A stretch of DNA of 64,000 nucleotides from Polyangiaceae bacterium (GCA_044376115.1 JBILLK010000031.1:32001-96000); one strand, 5' to 3'. Shown: positions 47,654 to 58,370, numbered from the stretch's first letter. The notes: a model not told the origin generated them from the letters alone. Numbers and translations: made by a program.

Positions 47654-49881
47654 GAGGCCTGGGAGTCGCGATCGGGCTGACGGCTGCGCAACCGCTGTGG
47701 GCCGAGGAGCCGAAGGTCGTCGCCACCGAGCCTTCCGCCGCTAACGCACCAGCCGCCGCCGATGCGCCTCCCGCCACCACCGCGAGCGTGGCTGCACAGT
47801 CGGCTGCGGCGGGCCAAGCCGAACCGATCGAGGTCGAGATCGTCGGGGACAAAGCCGAAGCGATTCAGAAGCTGCCCGGCTCCTTCCTCACGCTGCGGAG
47901 CGCCGAGATCCGAAACGCAGCCCCGCTCAATACCGCCGAGTTATTGCGCCGCGTGCCGGGCCTGACGGTGCGTGAAGACACAGGCGGCGGTGGTCGCTTG
48001 GACATCGGCGTGCGCGGGCTCGATCCCGGGCGCAGTCGGCGTTTGCTGGTGCTCGAGGACGGCGTTCCGCTGGCGATCAACCCGTACGGCGAGCCCGATT
48101 TGTACTTCGTGCCGCAGGTCGAACGCTTCGAGAAGATCGAGGTGCTCAAGGGCAGTGGCAGCATCTTGTTCGGCCCGCAAACGCTTGGCGGCGTGGTGAA
48201 CTTTCTTACGCACAGCGCGCCGTATTCGCTGTCGAGCTACGTGGGCGTCGAGGCCGGTGAGTTCGGTTATGTGCGCACGGTGGGTCGGGTAGGGACGGCC
48301 ATCCCCGTCGACTATGGGGCGGAGCCGGTGCGCTTCGTTTCGCAGTTCGTTGCCAAACGCAGCGACGGAGCGCGCGATCAACCGTCGTCCGATCTCGACG
48401 GCTTTGCCAAGGTGGTGGTGCCGTTCTCGGAGCAAACGCGCGCAACGCTGAAGATCGCAGCGCACCGTGCTACCGCGCAGAGCGAGGACGTGGGGCTGCC
48501 TCGCGATCTTTTCGCCGCGCAGCCGGACCACCCTGGGATGAGCCGGGCGAGCCGCTCGCAGCTGACGCGCTTCGATGCGTCGTTCGTGCTCGACGCCGAT
48601 CTCGGGGAAGAGACGCGGCTCAAGACGCTGGTCTATGCGAGCCACACCGATCGGCAGTGGAGGCGGCAGCAGTATGACCGTTTCCCCGGAGCGAACGACG
48701 TAACCCGGACCTTCGGAGATACCCGCTTGCCGCTAGGGGCCATCTACTTTCGCGACGGCGCACGCTTGCTCGACCGTTCGTACTTCGTGTTTGGCGTCGA
48801 GCCGCGGCTGACCACCAACTTTCGCACGGGGGGCATCGCTCATACGCTCGACGCCGGTCTGCGCGTGCTGGGCGAAACCGCTTCCCTGGGCGATCACGAG
48901 ACCGAGCGTGCGTACGGCGGTGGCAAGCTGACCCTCGGGGAGCTCGAAGACCACGCTTCGCTCGGGCTGGCGGCGTATGTGCAAGACCGCATCTTGTTTC
49001 GCGATTGGCTGGTGGTGACACCAGGGGTTCGCTTCGAGCATGCGAGCTACTTACGTTCGCGCGAGCTCTCGGCTGGCGAGCCGGTCGAGGTCGCGGGCAG
49101 CGATTCGAACAACGCCGTGATTCCCGGGTTGGGCCTGACGATGGGTGTTCCGCGAGCGCACGGCTTCGCTGGGATGCACCTCGGCTATGCGCCGCCGCGT
49201 GCGACCGAGGCCATCTCCGATGCAGGAGCGAGCCAGCTGCTCTCGCCGGAACGCAGCACCAACTGGGAGCTCGGCGTGCGCACCAAACCACTGGACGCCT
49301 TCAGCGCCGACGTCGTGTTCTTCCTCGACGAGTTCTCCAACCAAGTGGTGCCGAACACCTCGCTCGACGGTACCACCGAGCTCGTGAACGGCGGACGTAC
49401 GCGCAGTTTTGGCGGCGAAGCGAGCTCTACGTTGCGGCTCGGCGAGCTCGCCGATTTGCCGTTCGCGATCGACCTCACAGGTCGCGTGGGCGTGCTCGAG
49501 GCACGCTTCGTCGACGGTACACGGGACGGTAAGGCGCTACCGTATGCGCCGTCTTCCACCGCCTCCGGACTGCTCGATATCGATACGCCGCTCGGGCTCG
49601 GGGCAGGGTTGTCGATGACCTACCAAGGCTCGATGTTCGCCGACGATGCGAACACGGTGCAGCCGGACGCCAGTGGTCGCGTGGGCCTGATCGATCCGTA
49701 CCTGTTGCTCGATGTGAACGCGCGCTTCCGCGAACGGTCGAGCGGGGTGGGGGCGACGCTGGCCGTCAAGAACCTGCTCGACCGTCCGGTCGTGGTGTCG
49801 CGTAGGCCGGAGGGCATCTGGAGCACCGGCTTTCGACAGATCGTGGTGGGCCTGAGCTACGCCTACGATCGCACGCCGTGA
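47638..49881 (+). CDS. TonB-dependent receptor (FecA-like)
   Basis: Plug motifs ELLRRVPGL, IGVRGLDPGRSRRLLVLEDGVP and IEVLKGSGSILFGPQTLGGVVNF; barrel with VKNLLD; start MQSTL (47638). Confidence 0.9.
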   Translation: MQSTLRGLGVAIGLTAAQPLWAEEPKVVATEPSAANAPAAADAPPATTASVAAQSAAAGQAEPIEVEIVGDKAEAIQKLPGSFLTLRSAEIRNAAPLNTAELLRRVPGLTVREDTGGGGRLDIGVRGLDPGRSRRLLVLEDGVPLAINPYGEPDLYFVPQVERFEKIEVLKGSGSILFGPQTLGGVVNFLTHSAPYSLSSYVGVEAGEFGYVRTVGRVGTAIPVDYGAEPVRFVSQFVAKRSDGARDQPSSDLDGFAKVVVPFSEQTRATLKIAAHRATAQSEDVGLPRDLFAAQPDHPGMSRASRSQLTRFDASFVLDADLGEETRLKTLVYASHTDRQWRRQQYDRFPGANDVTRTFGDTRLPLGAIYFRDGARLLDRSYFVFGVEPRLTTNFRTGGIAHTLDAGLRVLGETASLGDHETERAYGGGKLTLGELEDHASLGLAAYVQDRILFRDWLVVTPGVRFEHASYLRSRELSAGEPVEVAGSDSNNAVIPGLGLTMGVPRAHGFAGMHLGYAPPRATEAISDAGASQLLSPERSTNWELGVRTKPLDAFSADVVFFLDEFSNQVVPNTSLDGTTELVNGGRTRSFGGEASSTLRLGELADLPFAIDLTGRVGVLEARFVDGTRDGKALPYAPSSTASGLLDIDTPLGLGAGLSMTYQGSMFADDANTVQPDASGRVGLIDPYLLLDVNARFRERSSGVGATLAVKNLLDRPVVVSRRPEGIWSTGFRQIVVGLSYAYDRTP

Positions 49882-49957
49882 GCTCGGTCACGTCGGGGCG
49901 CGCCATGTCGCCGATTGTCCTACCCCTCCGGTCGCTGCAGTGCTAGGGCATTGGCCC

Positions 49958-50266
49958 ATGAAGCAGCTCTTCTCGGTCGCGCTTTTGGCCAGCCTGGTAC
50001 TGACCGGTTGTTCATCTCTGGCGCGGGGAGGAGCGGCGGGAGCCGCCCGGTCTTCCGCGGATGAAACGGCTGAGGAAGATGAAGGCTTCATCGCGCTAGC
50101 GCCTTCGCAGGCTCAACCGCCGGGCCAGACCGACGTTGCGTGGGAAGACAACGGCATCCCGATTCGTCAGCTGGTTGGCCCCGGTAAACCGCACGAGATG
50201 AAGGCGGGGGACGCTTCCAAGATTCAGAAGAAGCCCCAGAAGCCCGCCACTGCGCCTGCCAAGTAA
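49958..50266 (+). CDS. Small hypothetical lipoprotein
   Basis: MKQLFSVALLASLVLTGC lipobox. Confidence 0.7.
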   Translation: MKQLFSVALLASLVLTGCSSLARGGAAGAARSSADETAEEDEGFIALAPSQAQPPGQTDVAWEDNGIPIRQLVGPGKPHEMKAGDASKIQKKPQKPATAPAK

Positions 50267-50353
50267 CAGGCTCTTGGCAGCCGGATTGCGGCTCGACCTG
50301 GGAACAACTGCCGTCCCTTTGGCGTCCTTGGGTTACCCTACCTCGAGGCACTG

Positions 50354-52216
50354 ATGCGTTGCCCCGCCTGCAAGGATCTCTTCGATCTCCGCGACGTCAA
50401 GTACTGCCCGACCTGCGGAGCAGCGTTGTTCGTGCTCGGCCAAGATCTGTTGCTCGGGCAAACCGTCGGTGGTCGCTACAAGATCAACAGCCTGATCGCC
50501 GAGGGCGGTATGGGCCGGGTTTACCTGGCCGAACAGGTCCTGGGCGGAGTCAGCCGGAAGATCGCGATCAAGGTCCTGCTCTCCGATATCTCGATGCGCG
50601 ATCAGGACTCGAAGCGGTTCGAGCGTGAGTGCCGCACGGTCGCGGAGCTCGAGCACCCCAACACCATCAAGTTCTTCGACTTCGGGCAGACCGACGACGG
50701 GGACCTGTTCATCGCGATGGAGTTTTTGAGCGGCCAATCGCTCGCCCAGATCCTGAAGAACGGACCGCTATTTCCCGAGCGCGTCGATCTGATCCTGGGG
50801 CAAATCTGCGGCTCGCTCCAAGAGGCGCACGACCGCGGCATCATCCATCGCGATCTCAAGCCGGACAACATCATCATCACCTCGCCCGGTGGGGCGCCCG
50901 ACTTCGTGAAGGTGCTCGATTTCGGCATCGCCAAGCGCACCGGCGGCCGCGATCCGAAGCTGACGCCGCTCGGCGTCGTGCTCGGTTCCCCGCCATACAT
51001 GAGCCCGGAGCAGTTCACGATGCAGGACATCGACGCGAAGAGCGACATCTACTCGCTCGGCGTGGTGGCTTATCAGCTGCTCACCGGCCAGCTGCCGTTC
51101 AACGCCAACGATCCGATCGAATGGGCGGCCCTTCACATGGGCGTTCAACCGACGCCGATCGAGGCTCACGGCGTGACCCTCCCAAAGACGATGGCCGCTG
51201 CAATCCATCGCGCGCTATCGAAGGACCTGCACGCAAGGCCGGCAAGCATGCGTGATTTCTACTCGCAGCTGACGATCGGCGTCGGATCGCTGTTGCCGGG
51301 GCGCGCCTCTTCGATGATGCCGCTCAGCCCCTCGCAGATCCCGCTACCGCCGCGAGCCAACTCGCGCTCGTCGGTGGGGCCTGACAGCGACGACGTCGGG
51401 ACCCGAGTTCGTGAGCCTTCGGAGGATGAAGAGGGGCCGCCGACCGAGGTCAAAGTTCCGCGTAGCGCCGAGACGATCGAAGCCCCGGGGCTCTACTCCG
51501 AAGCATCCTCGTCGTACGCGCCAGGGCTTGGTCGCTCGCAGCCGGAGTTGCCAGCCTTCTCTTCGGGCTCCGGGATCGCCAGCGCCCCGCAGATCTCGTT
51601 TCATGAGGTGAGCCAACCGGACTTGTCGGCGTTCCATTCGGAGAGCCAGCCCGGTTCCGCCTTGAGTTCCACGCGTGCGGTGCGGTCGGGAAAAGGCACC
51701 TTGGTGATGGCGGCAAGCGAGCCGCCTCCGGCGCGAGGCCGCTTGACGATGCCGGATCTGATGCCGCCGACGGTGCGCGATCCATCGGCGATGATGGCCG
51801 AGGTGCGCGGCTCGCGTTCGATCCTGTGGGTCGCGCTTGGGTTGATTCTGCTCGGGGCCTTGGCCAGCGCTGGGTTGTGGCTGTTCTGGCTGCGCCCAGC
51901 GGCGAAGTCGGAGCAGAAGCGCAAGGCCCCAGCGTCGGCTTCGGCCGCTGCATCGCTGCCGAGCAGCGAGGTGCTTCCGGGTGCGCCGGTCTATCCTCCG
52001 GTGCCTGCCAAGACGTCTGCTCCGGTGACGGCCACGACGTTGAGCGCAGCGCCCTCGAGCTCGGCGCCGAAGGCGGCGAGCCCGTGTCAAACGGCGATCT
52101 TTCGGGCGGTAAGCGGCGATTGTGAGCTGGCCCAGCGAGCCTTTGCGCGCTGCGAGAGCGACAGCCCCTATCGCGCAAGCGCGACGCGAGCTGTCACTGG
52201 GCTCTGCGCCCGTTAG
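50354..52216 (+). CDS. Membrane-anchored Ser/Thr protein kinase with an N-terminal zinc ribbon
   Basis: CPAC..CPTC; EGGMGRVY, HRDLKPDN, DFG and YMSPE; Pro/Ser linker; one TM helix. Confidence 0.93.
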   Translation: MRCPACKDLFDLRDVKYCPTCGAALFVLGQDLLLGQTVGGRYKINSLIAEGGMGRVYLAEQVLGGVSRKIAIKVLLSDISMRDQDSKRFERECRTVAELEHPNTIKFFDFGQTDDGDLFIAMEFLSGQSLAQILKNGPLFPERVDLILGQICGSLQEAHDRGIIHRDLKPDNIIITSPGGAPDFVKVLDFGIAKRTGGRDPKLTPLGVVLGSPPYMSPEQFTMQDIDAKSDIYSLGVVAYQLLTGQLPFNANDPIEWAALHMGVQPTPIEAHGVTLPKTMAAAIHRALSKDLHARPASMRDFYSQLTIGVGSLLPGRASSMMPLSPSQIPLPPRANSRSSVGPDSDDVGTRVREPSEDEEGPPTEVKVPRSAETIEAPGLYSEASSSYAPGLGRSQPELPAFSSGSGIASAPQISFHEVSQPDLSAFHSESQPGSALSSTRAVRSGKGTLVMAASEPPPARGRLTMPDLMPPTVRDPSAMMAEVRGSRSILWVALGLILLGALASAGLWLFWLRPAAKSEQKRKAPASASAAASLPSSEVLPGAPVYPPVPAKTSAPVTATTLSAAPSSSAPKAASPCQTAIFRAVSGDCELAQRAFARCESDSPYRASATRAVTGLCAR

Positions 52217-55113
52217 CTCGAGCGCCGGCGGCGGCGAGCCGCGGCTGCCAGCGCGATAGCGGCCAGCGCCGAAAGACCGCCACGTTCGCTCGATTGGCCT
52301 GCGCTGCGACAGTCGCAGCCGCCGTCGTCGCGTTGATTCTCGGTGCCATCGCCTCCGCTGCTGGAACTGCCGCCTGTGTCACCGGCTCCGCTGCCACTGC
52401 CGCCCTCGCAGCCTCCGCCCGCTCCCGTGCTGGCGCACGGATCGACCGGCGGCGCCTCGAGCGCTACGAGGCAAACGTCGTCGAGCGTCCAACCGCCCAT
52501 CTCGAGCCCTTGGTCGCTGGTGAGCACGAAGTGAACCTGGCCGCTGCTTTGTCCGGCCAGCTTTTCGCTCAGATCGACGTCGTGGAAACGCCATTCCTTG
52601 TCGCGGTGATGCGTATTCGAATCCGTCCCGTCCTCGCTATCGAGGTTCTGCCAAACGGGCTCTTCACCAACCAAGATTTGCGCTTGATCGAAGTGGCCGT
52701 CTTCCACGTTGAGCCAGCGCCGATATTGAAGATGGATGTTGGTGTAGCCCTGCAGATCAACCACTGGGCTCGAGGCGAAGTTGGTTTTTTCTGGTTGGTA
52801 GAGGCCGTTGTAGTTCGACTCGACCGAGAGATCGTTGCCGAAGGCCTTGTCGCCGGAGAAGGCGAGGGGAGGGTCACCGTTGATGAAGGTCCCGTTCGGC
52901 TCGGCCCAAACCCAATCATCCGCGCCTTCGATATCTTCACCCTCGAGCAAGCCATGCACCCAGCCGTCATCGGCGGGGTCGGTCTCGAAGTTGGTGCAGT
53001 AAAGCGGCACGACCTTCCCCACGAACATCTCGTACTCGGGATCAGCGGCGTTGTCGGGGAAGGCGAGCGTGCGGTCTGCTAGCTCGACCTCGACGCGATA
53101 CTTGAGCACGGTATTTTCGGGGACCGACGGCAAGGTACCGAGCAGCTTGGTGCCGTTCATCGTCATCGAGCTGCTGCCGTCGAGCGCGCTACCCGCGCGA
53201 TCGCGGAAACTGAGGGTGCCGCCTACGATCTCCTCTCCGGGGCACTCGGGGAAGAGGCCGGTCAGCTCCACCGCGACTTCGTAGCCTTGCTCGGATACGG
53301 CGGCGACGCCGAGCGACGAGGTCTTGGTCCCAATGGCCTGCAGGCCGTGTCGATTGAAGGCCTCGTTGATCGCACAAACGTTGGGTGTGCCGTTGGTCAC
53401 GTCGCCATCGTCGTCGTCGGCTGCAAGGACCTCCACGTACATGGTGGGGATGTCGGTGGCGCGACGGATCGCCTGGTAGTAGAGCTCGTCGCTGGTCGCT
53501 GCGCCCTCGCTTGCGCCGAGAGAATCGATCAGGTTCTTGCGCATGTCCCACAGCGCCTGCCCGATGATCAAGCCGTCGTGGTGAACCTCCCCGTTCAGGT
53601 CCTCCGGCCAGCGGTTCTCCTGCCCATTGGGATCGAGGTGACGCAGCGGTGAGGCGTTGAGGAAGAAGCCGCGTGCAGTCGCCGGATCCCCGGTGATGGT
53701 CGCGGAGAGATAGTCCGAGACGCCTTCCGACAACGCTCCATCGAAGGCACCCACGCCCTCGATGATGGCCTGCGCGTGAATCGAGTGGCCGTACTCGTGG
53801 TAGACCACGTCGGCGATCCGTCCGGTGTTTTCGCAGCCGCCGCCCAACGAGTAGAAGTTGATGGTGGTGCCGTCGGAGAAGGCGTTGCACTGCTCGGCAA
53901 TGTTGACGGTGGCGCTGATCTGGTTGTTGAGAAAGCCGAGATTCGGTGCGAAGCCCTTGGCGAAGGTGCGCACGCGCTCGGCGTGGATGAAGGTCGTCAG
54001 CTGGGCGTCCAACGCGGGGTCTTGGCTTTGGTCCCACACGAAGGGCGAGGCGTCGTTCAAGGTGGTGAGCAGCGTCGCTTCGGCCCCGGCGTCGTTGAAG
54101 ATGCGCACGCGCGGGCCGGTGAGAAAGAGCTCGACGTCGGTGCTCGGGCCGGTGGCCCAGGTGACATTGCCGTTGACGTTGGTCTGCGCGCTCGCGCCTT
54201 CCACGTTGACGTTGGCCAGCACGGCGGGGAGGTCGATGCGCTCGCCAAAGCTCGGTGAACGCAGCGGAACACGGAACAGCACCGGCGCCGAGGCGAAGTG
54301 CAAGAGCGACCGGCGGAGCAGCGGTTGCCCCGAGACCAGATCCACGGCGACGCTATACTTGCCGGTGATTTCGCTGGTCGTGACCTCGACCAAGACGGCG
54401 CGCGCGAAGCGCAAACGACCGCGAGCATCGCGGTAAGGGACGATCAACTCGGCGCTCGGTTCACCTGCGACCGCTGAACCGAAGTCGCTGGTAACCCAGG
54501 AAAGAGCGGCCTTCTTCGCGTCGTCGTTCGAGACGACCGGCGCCGACGAAAGATCCGGTACGTGGGCGTACGCCTCACTGCCGATCACATACAGCCGATC
54601 GTTCTTGTAGCGAAAGCTCACCTGACCGCCGCTGACGGTGCGCCCGTTCTTGGTCTGGCGGAAACCGAGGCTGCGGATGTCCGCGTCCAGATCGTTGGCG
54701 ACGAGCTCGAAGTCCTCCAGCTTTGCGCCGGGCGAAAGCAGCGCCACGTGACGCTCGAGCACGCTGCGTGCGTGGGCGAGCGCGACGTTGCCGTCGTTTA
54801 CCGAGTTCGGCACCTGCACGCCGGGCCCAAAAAGCCGGCTGGGCACGCGACGAACGCGATCGAAGCCAGCCCGCCAACCCTCACCGAACTCCGCGCGAAA
54901 CAAGCGGAACGGCTCGACCAAGCGCGCCGGCGGCTGGTCCCAGTCGATGGTTCCGCGCGCGGCCGCGGAGCGCGGAGTCTGGGCGCTCGCTTGGTAAAGC
55001 TCGATCGCCGGGCGCGTATCCACCTCCGCTTGCGGCTGGATCGCGTGACCCGGAGAGGCCGAAAGTGCGAGCACGAGAGCGAGCGCTGAACCTGCGAGCT
55101 GGGATTTCCGCAT
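52213..55113 (-). CDS. Secreted M4/M36-like zinc metalloprotease with propeptide, beta-sandwich domains and MYXO-CTERM
   Basis: NAF, DVVYHEYGH (HExxH), ALSEGVSDY and EVHHDG; GGCDC-hydrophobic-RRRRR tail. Confidence 0.85.
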   Translation of the reverse strand: MRKSQLAGSALALVLALSASPGHAIQPQAEVDTRPAIELYQASAQTPRSAAARGTIDWDQPPARLVEPFRLFRAEFGEGWRAGFDRVRRVPSRLFGPGVQVPNSVNDGNVALAHARSVLERHVALLSPGAKLEDFELVANDLDADIRSLGFRQTKNGRTVSGGQVSFRYKNDRLYVIGSEAYAHVPDLSSAPVVSNDDAKKAALSWVTSDFGSAVAGEPSAELIVPYRDARGRLRFARAVLVEVTTSEITGKYSVAVDLVSGQPLLRRSLLHFASAPVLFRVPLRSPSFGERIDLPAVLANVNVEGASAQTNVNGNVTWATGPSTDVELFLTGPRVRIFNDAGAEATLLTTLNDASPFVWDQSQDPALDAQLTTFIHAERVRTFAKGFAPNLGFLNNQISATVNIAEQCNAFSDGTTINFYSLGGGCENTGRIADVVYHEYGHSIHAQAIIEGVGAFDGALSEGVSDYLSATITGDPATARGFFLNASPLRHLDPNGQENRWPEDLNGEVHHDGLIIGQALWDMRKNLIDSLGASEGAATSDELYYQAIRRATDIPTMYVEVLAADDDDGDVTNGTPNVCAINEAFNRHGLQAIGTKTSSLGVAAVSEQGYEVAVELTGLFPECPGEEIVGGTLSFRDRAGSALDGSSSMTMNGTKLLGTLPSVPENTVLKYRVEVELADRTLAFPDNAADPEYEMFVGKVVPLYCTNFETDPADDGWVHGLLEGEDIEGADDWVWAEPNGTFINGDPPLAFSGDKAFGNDLSVESNYNGLYQPEKTNFASSPVVDLQGYTNIHLQYRRWLNVEDGHFDQAQILVGEEPVWQNLDSEDGTDSNTHHRDKEWRFHDVDLSEKLAGQSSGQVHFVLTSDQGLEMGGWTLDDVCLVALEAPPVDPCASTGAGGGCEGGSGSGAGDTGGSSSSGGDGTENQRDDGGCDCRSAGQSSERGGLSALAAIALAAAARRRRRSS

Positions 55114-55264
55114 GCCGTTCCGTTACATCGCTGCAAGGCTGGGGCAATCCCGGTAGTTGCCTGGCCACCCTTTTGATCATGCTTGAGTTTTCTTGACGCA
55201 CTGCGGCCGGAGGGAGCCTCTGGCCTTGGTTGAAGAGTCGAGCAACGTCCAGTACAGCTGAAGC

Positions 55265-56485
55265 ATGGCCTTCATTGCTGCTTCGCTCGGCTCGTCTGTA
55301 CCCACCCATCCGCTCTGCCGCTTTGGCCTGCTGGGCTTGCTTGCGCTAACCGCAGCGATGGCCGGCTGCGGTGATGACAGCGGCTCGGGTGGGTCTGGCG
55401 GCAGCGGAGCAGGCGGTAGCGGTGCCGGCCCTGCCGAAGTTCAAGGGTGTGAGGGCACCACGCTGCTCGAGTCGGACGCGGATACTTCGGTCGCTGGACC
55501 CTGGCCGGTGGGAGCCAAGACGCTCAACATCGGCGGCCTGGTCGTTGAAGCATGGTACCCGGCCAAGCTTGGGAGTGAGGCGGGCGCCTCGGCGGTGCAG
55601 TACGATATTCGCGAGTTCTTGCCTCCCGCCGAGGCCGACAAGATCTCCGAGGAGGACCGACCGCGCCAGCTCTGCGATTGCTTCGCCGACTTGCCGGTCG
55701 ATGACGCCCGTGGACCCTACCCGGTGATCGTCTTCGTGCATGGAACGGCGGGCTTTCGTTCGCAGTCGCTGGAGCTCGTGACCCATTGGGCGAGCCGCGG
55801 TTTCGTCGTTTTGGCGGCTGACCACCCGGGCCTTTACCTCAAGGATTTGCTCGGCGGTTTCTGCGGCTCAGGCCCCGTCGACCGTGACCTCGACGGAGAC
55901 TTGGCCGCGCTCGTAGCTGCGGTGAAGAGCGGTGTTGGGCTTGGTGAGCTGGGCGCGGTCGTGGACAGCGCACGCATCGGTATGAGCGGGCATTCGGCCG
56001 GTGGAGGGGCGATCGAGCAGCAGGGCGCAGTCGCGCAGGTGCTGATTCCGATGGCTGCTGGCGGAGTCACGGCGGGGGCAACGCTCAAGAGCACGCTGGT
56101 GTTCGGCGCAAAGGAGGACCAGGTCGTCGAGTTCAGCGCGCAACAGGAGGGCTACGCCGCTTCCCCAGCGCCCAAGCGGCTGGCGGGGCTAAGCCCGGCT
56201 GGGCACCTAGCCTTCGCGAGCCTTTGTGAAATCGTCAATGACGCGGGCGAAGATCTGGTGACCATCGGGAAGGCCAATCAAGTGTGCGGTCTCGAGTTTG
56301 CGGACGCTCTCTTCGACTGCGACCCGAGCTACGTCGAGGCCGAGCGCGGCTGGACGATCGTCAATGACCTGACGAGCGCCACCTTCGAGGAGACCCTCCA
56401 TTGCCAGCCATCGCGCGCCGAAAGGCTTGCTGGCGCGATGGAGCGCTACCCTGAGATCGCCGAGTACCAAGAAGAGCTTCAGTAG
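55265..56485 (+). CDS. Alpha/beta hydrolase lipoprotein (PAF-AH/chlorophyllase-like)
   Basis: GPWPVG, WYPA, PVIVFVHG, GHSAG nucleophile elbow, EDQVV and AGHLAF; lipobox MAGC. Confidence 0.82.
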   Translation: MAFIAASLGSSVPTHPLCRFGLLGLLALTAAMAGCGDDSGSGGSGGSGAGGSGAGPAEVQGCEGTTLLESDADTSVAGPWPVGAKTLNIGGLVVEAWYPAKLGSEAGASAVQYDIREFLPPAEADKISEEDRPRQLCDCFADLPVDDARGPYPVIVFVHGTAGFRSQSLELVTHWASRGFVVLAADHPGLYLKDLLGGFCGSGPVDRDLDGDLAALVAAVKSGVGLGELGAVVDSARIGMSGHSAGGGAIEQQGAVAQVLIPMAAGGVTAGATLKSTLVFGAKEDQVVEFSAQQEGYAASPAPKRLAGLSPAGHLAFASLCEIVNDAGEDLVTIGKANQVCGLEFADALFDCDPSYVEAERGWTIVNDLTSATFEETLHCQPSRAERLAGAMERYPEIAEYQEELQ

Positions 56486-56526
56486 CCTCTTTAAGTCGGG
56501 CCACGAGTGACCGTTCTCGCTGATGG

Positions 56527-57090
56527 ATGAAAGGCATTGTCTTCAACATCTTCGAGCGGTTCGTTCAGCAGACGTGGAGCCTCGACGTGTGGGAGGAGGT
56601 GCTCGATTCGACCGAGCTCATCACCAAAGACCCCTTCGTCGGTCCCGGGGACTACCCCGACGCGGACATGTTTGCCCTCGTGGGCACCGTTTGCGCGCGT
56701 TTCCAGCTGGACGTGCCGACTGCGCTGCGGACCTTTGGTCGTTTCGCCTTCGCCGAGCTGAGCGCGGCTACGCCTCAATTCGTAGCGAGCTTCACTCACC
56801 CGAAGCCGTTCCTGATGACGCTCGGGGACATTGTTCATCGCGACGTGAAGAAGCTCTACCCAGCTGCGACCCCGCCGGAAATCGACGCGATTGATACGGG
56901 GCCGGACCGACTCCGGCTGGTCTACGCGTCAAAGCGTGGCTTGGGCGAACTAGCGCACGGTCTGATTGAGGGCGTCAGCGACCACTTCAAGACGCCTTGT
57001 CAGGTGAGCGTGGCGGACCGCACGCCGGACAATTCACGCTGGGTGTTCGATCTCGACTTTGCCGCACAGCCGTCTGGGGTTACCGGCTGA
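56527..57090 (+). CDS. hnoX: H-NOX (heme NO-binding) domain protein
   Basis: MKGIVF N-terminus, YPD, FG, proximal His in IVHRDV, LYP..PP, YASKR (YxSxR) and GLIEG. Confidence 0.88.
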   Translation: MKGIVFNIFERFVQQTWSLDVWEEVLDSTELITKDPFVGPGDYPDADMFALVGTVCARFQLDVPTALRTFGRFAFAELSAATPQFVASFTHPKPFLMTLGDIVHRDVKKLYPAATPPEIDAIDTGPDRLRLVYASKRGLGELAHGLIEGVSDHFKTPCQVSVADRTPDNSRWVFDLDFAAQPSGVTG

Positions 57091-58370
57091 TGGACGTCCA
57101 CGCCCGACGGCTGGAGCGCGCGGAGCGAAAGGTCGCGATCCTCGAGCAGCTGATCGAGGACAAGACCCGTGAACTGTACGACGCGAACGCGGTGATCGAG
57201 AAAGATCGAAGCTTTCTCAATCGCGTGTTCGACTCGATGTCGAGTGCGCTTTGGGTGTTCAATTTTCGCGGTCGGATCGAGATGGCCAACGAGGCGGCCT
57301 TTTCCCTGGTTGGCGTCGGTGACGAGCCGCCGCCGCTCGAGTTTGAGCCGATGTTCCCGGACCTTCAGTTCGAGGCGATCGGTGAGCAGCTGCGCGTCGA
57401 AACCAGGCTGTACCGCAGAGACGGTTCTTACCTTCCGGTGATGTTTGGCGCGACCACCACGGGCTCGGGCGTCGATCTGCAGCTGATCGTCAACTGTGTC
57501 GATCTCTCGGAGAAGAAGCGCTTGGAGTTCCAATTGCAGAACGCTCAGAAGCTCGAGGCCGTAGGCCAGCTCGCGGCGGGCGTGGCGCACGAAGTCAATA
57601 CGCCAATCCAGTTCATCAACGACGGCGTGCGGTTCCTCAAGGAGTGCGTGGCCGATCTTGCGACCGGTTGGAGCGCCCGCAGCGAGCTATTGGCTGAACT
57701 GAGCGCCCGCGGATTGCTGAGCGCTGCGGATCAACGTGCCCTCGCCTCCATCGATACGGCCGCCGACGTCGACTTCCTGTTTGCAGAAGCGCCGGCCGCA
57801 GCGGAGCGGACGCTGCGTGGTGTCGGTCGCGTCGCGGAGATCGTGCGTGCGTTGCGTGCCTTCGCGCACCCCGATGGTGACTTGTGCGCCCCTGCCGATG
57901 TGAATTCGGCGATCCGCGACGCAGCGATCGTCGCCACCGGCGAGTACAAGCAGGTTGCATCGCTCAAGCTAGACCTCACCGAGCTGCCGCCCGTTGAATG
58001 CAACCTCGGCGAGCTCAATCAGGTCTTTCTCAATCTGATCGTCAACGCGGCGCACGCCATCGCCGACCGCCACTCCGAGGGTTCGGGCCTCATCCAGATC
58101 ACGAGTCGCGTGGAGCCGGGCGGTGTTTGCGTACGCGTTAGCGATAACGGTGCCGGCGTCCCCGAGGCGGTGCGGTCGCGCATCTTTGAGCCGTTCTTCA
58201 CCACCAAACCGCTGGGCAAGGGCACCGGGCAAGGTCTGGCCCTTGCCCACACGATGGTTGAGGTGCGGCACGGAGGGCAGCTGACGTTCGAGACCGAGCT
58301 CGGCGTTGGAACCACCTTCATCGTCAGACTTCCTATGAAGCGTGTGCAGAAGGTGAGCCGAGCCGCATGA
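57090..58370 (+). CDS. Cytoplasmic PAS sensor histidine kinase
   Basis: TGATG overlap with hnoX; AHEVNTP H-box, NLIVNA, DNGAG and FFTTKPLGKGTGQGL; no TM. Confidence 0.9.
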   Translation: MDVHARRLERAERKVAILEQLIEDKTRELYDANAVIEKDRSFLNRVFDSMSSALWVFNFRGRIEMANEAAFSLVGVGDEPPPLEFEPMFPDLQFEAIGEQLRVETRLYRRDGSYLPVMFGATTTGSGVDLQLIVNCVDLSEKKRLEFQLQNAQKLEAVGQLAAGVAHEVNTPIQFINDGVRFLKECVADLATGWSARSELLAELSARGLLSAADQRALASIDTAADVDFLFAEAPAAAERTLRGVGRVAEIVRALRAFAHPDGDLCAPADVNSAIRDAAIVATGEYKQVASLKLDLTELPPVECNLGELNQVFLNLIVNAAHAIADRHSEGSGLIQITSRVEPGGVCVRVSDNGAGVPEAVRSRIFEPFFTTKPLGKGTGQGLALAHTMVEVRHGGQLTFETELGVGTTFIVRLPMKRVQKVSRAA

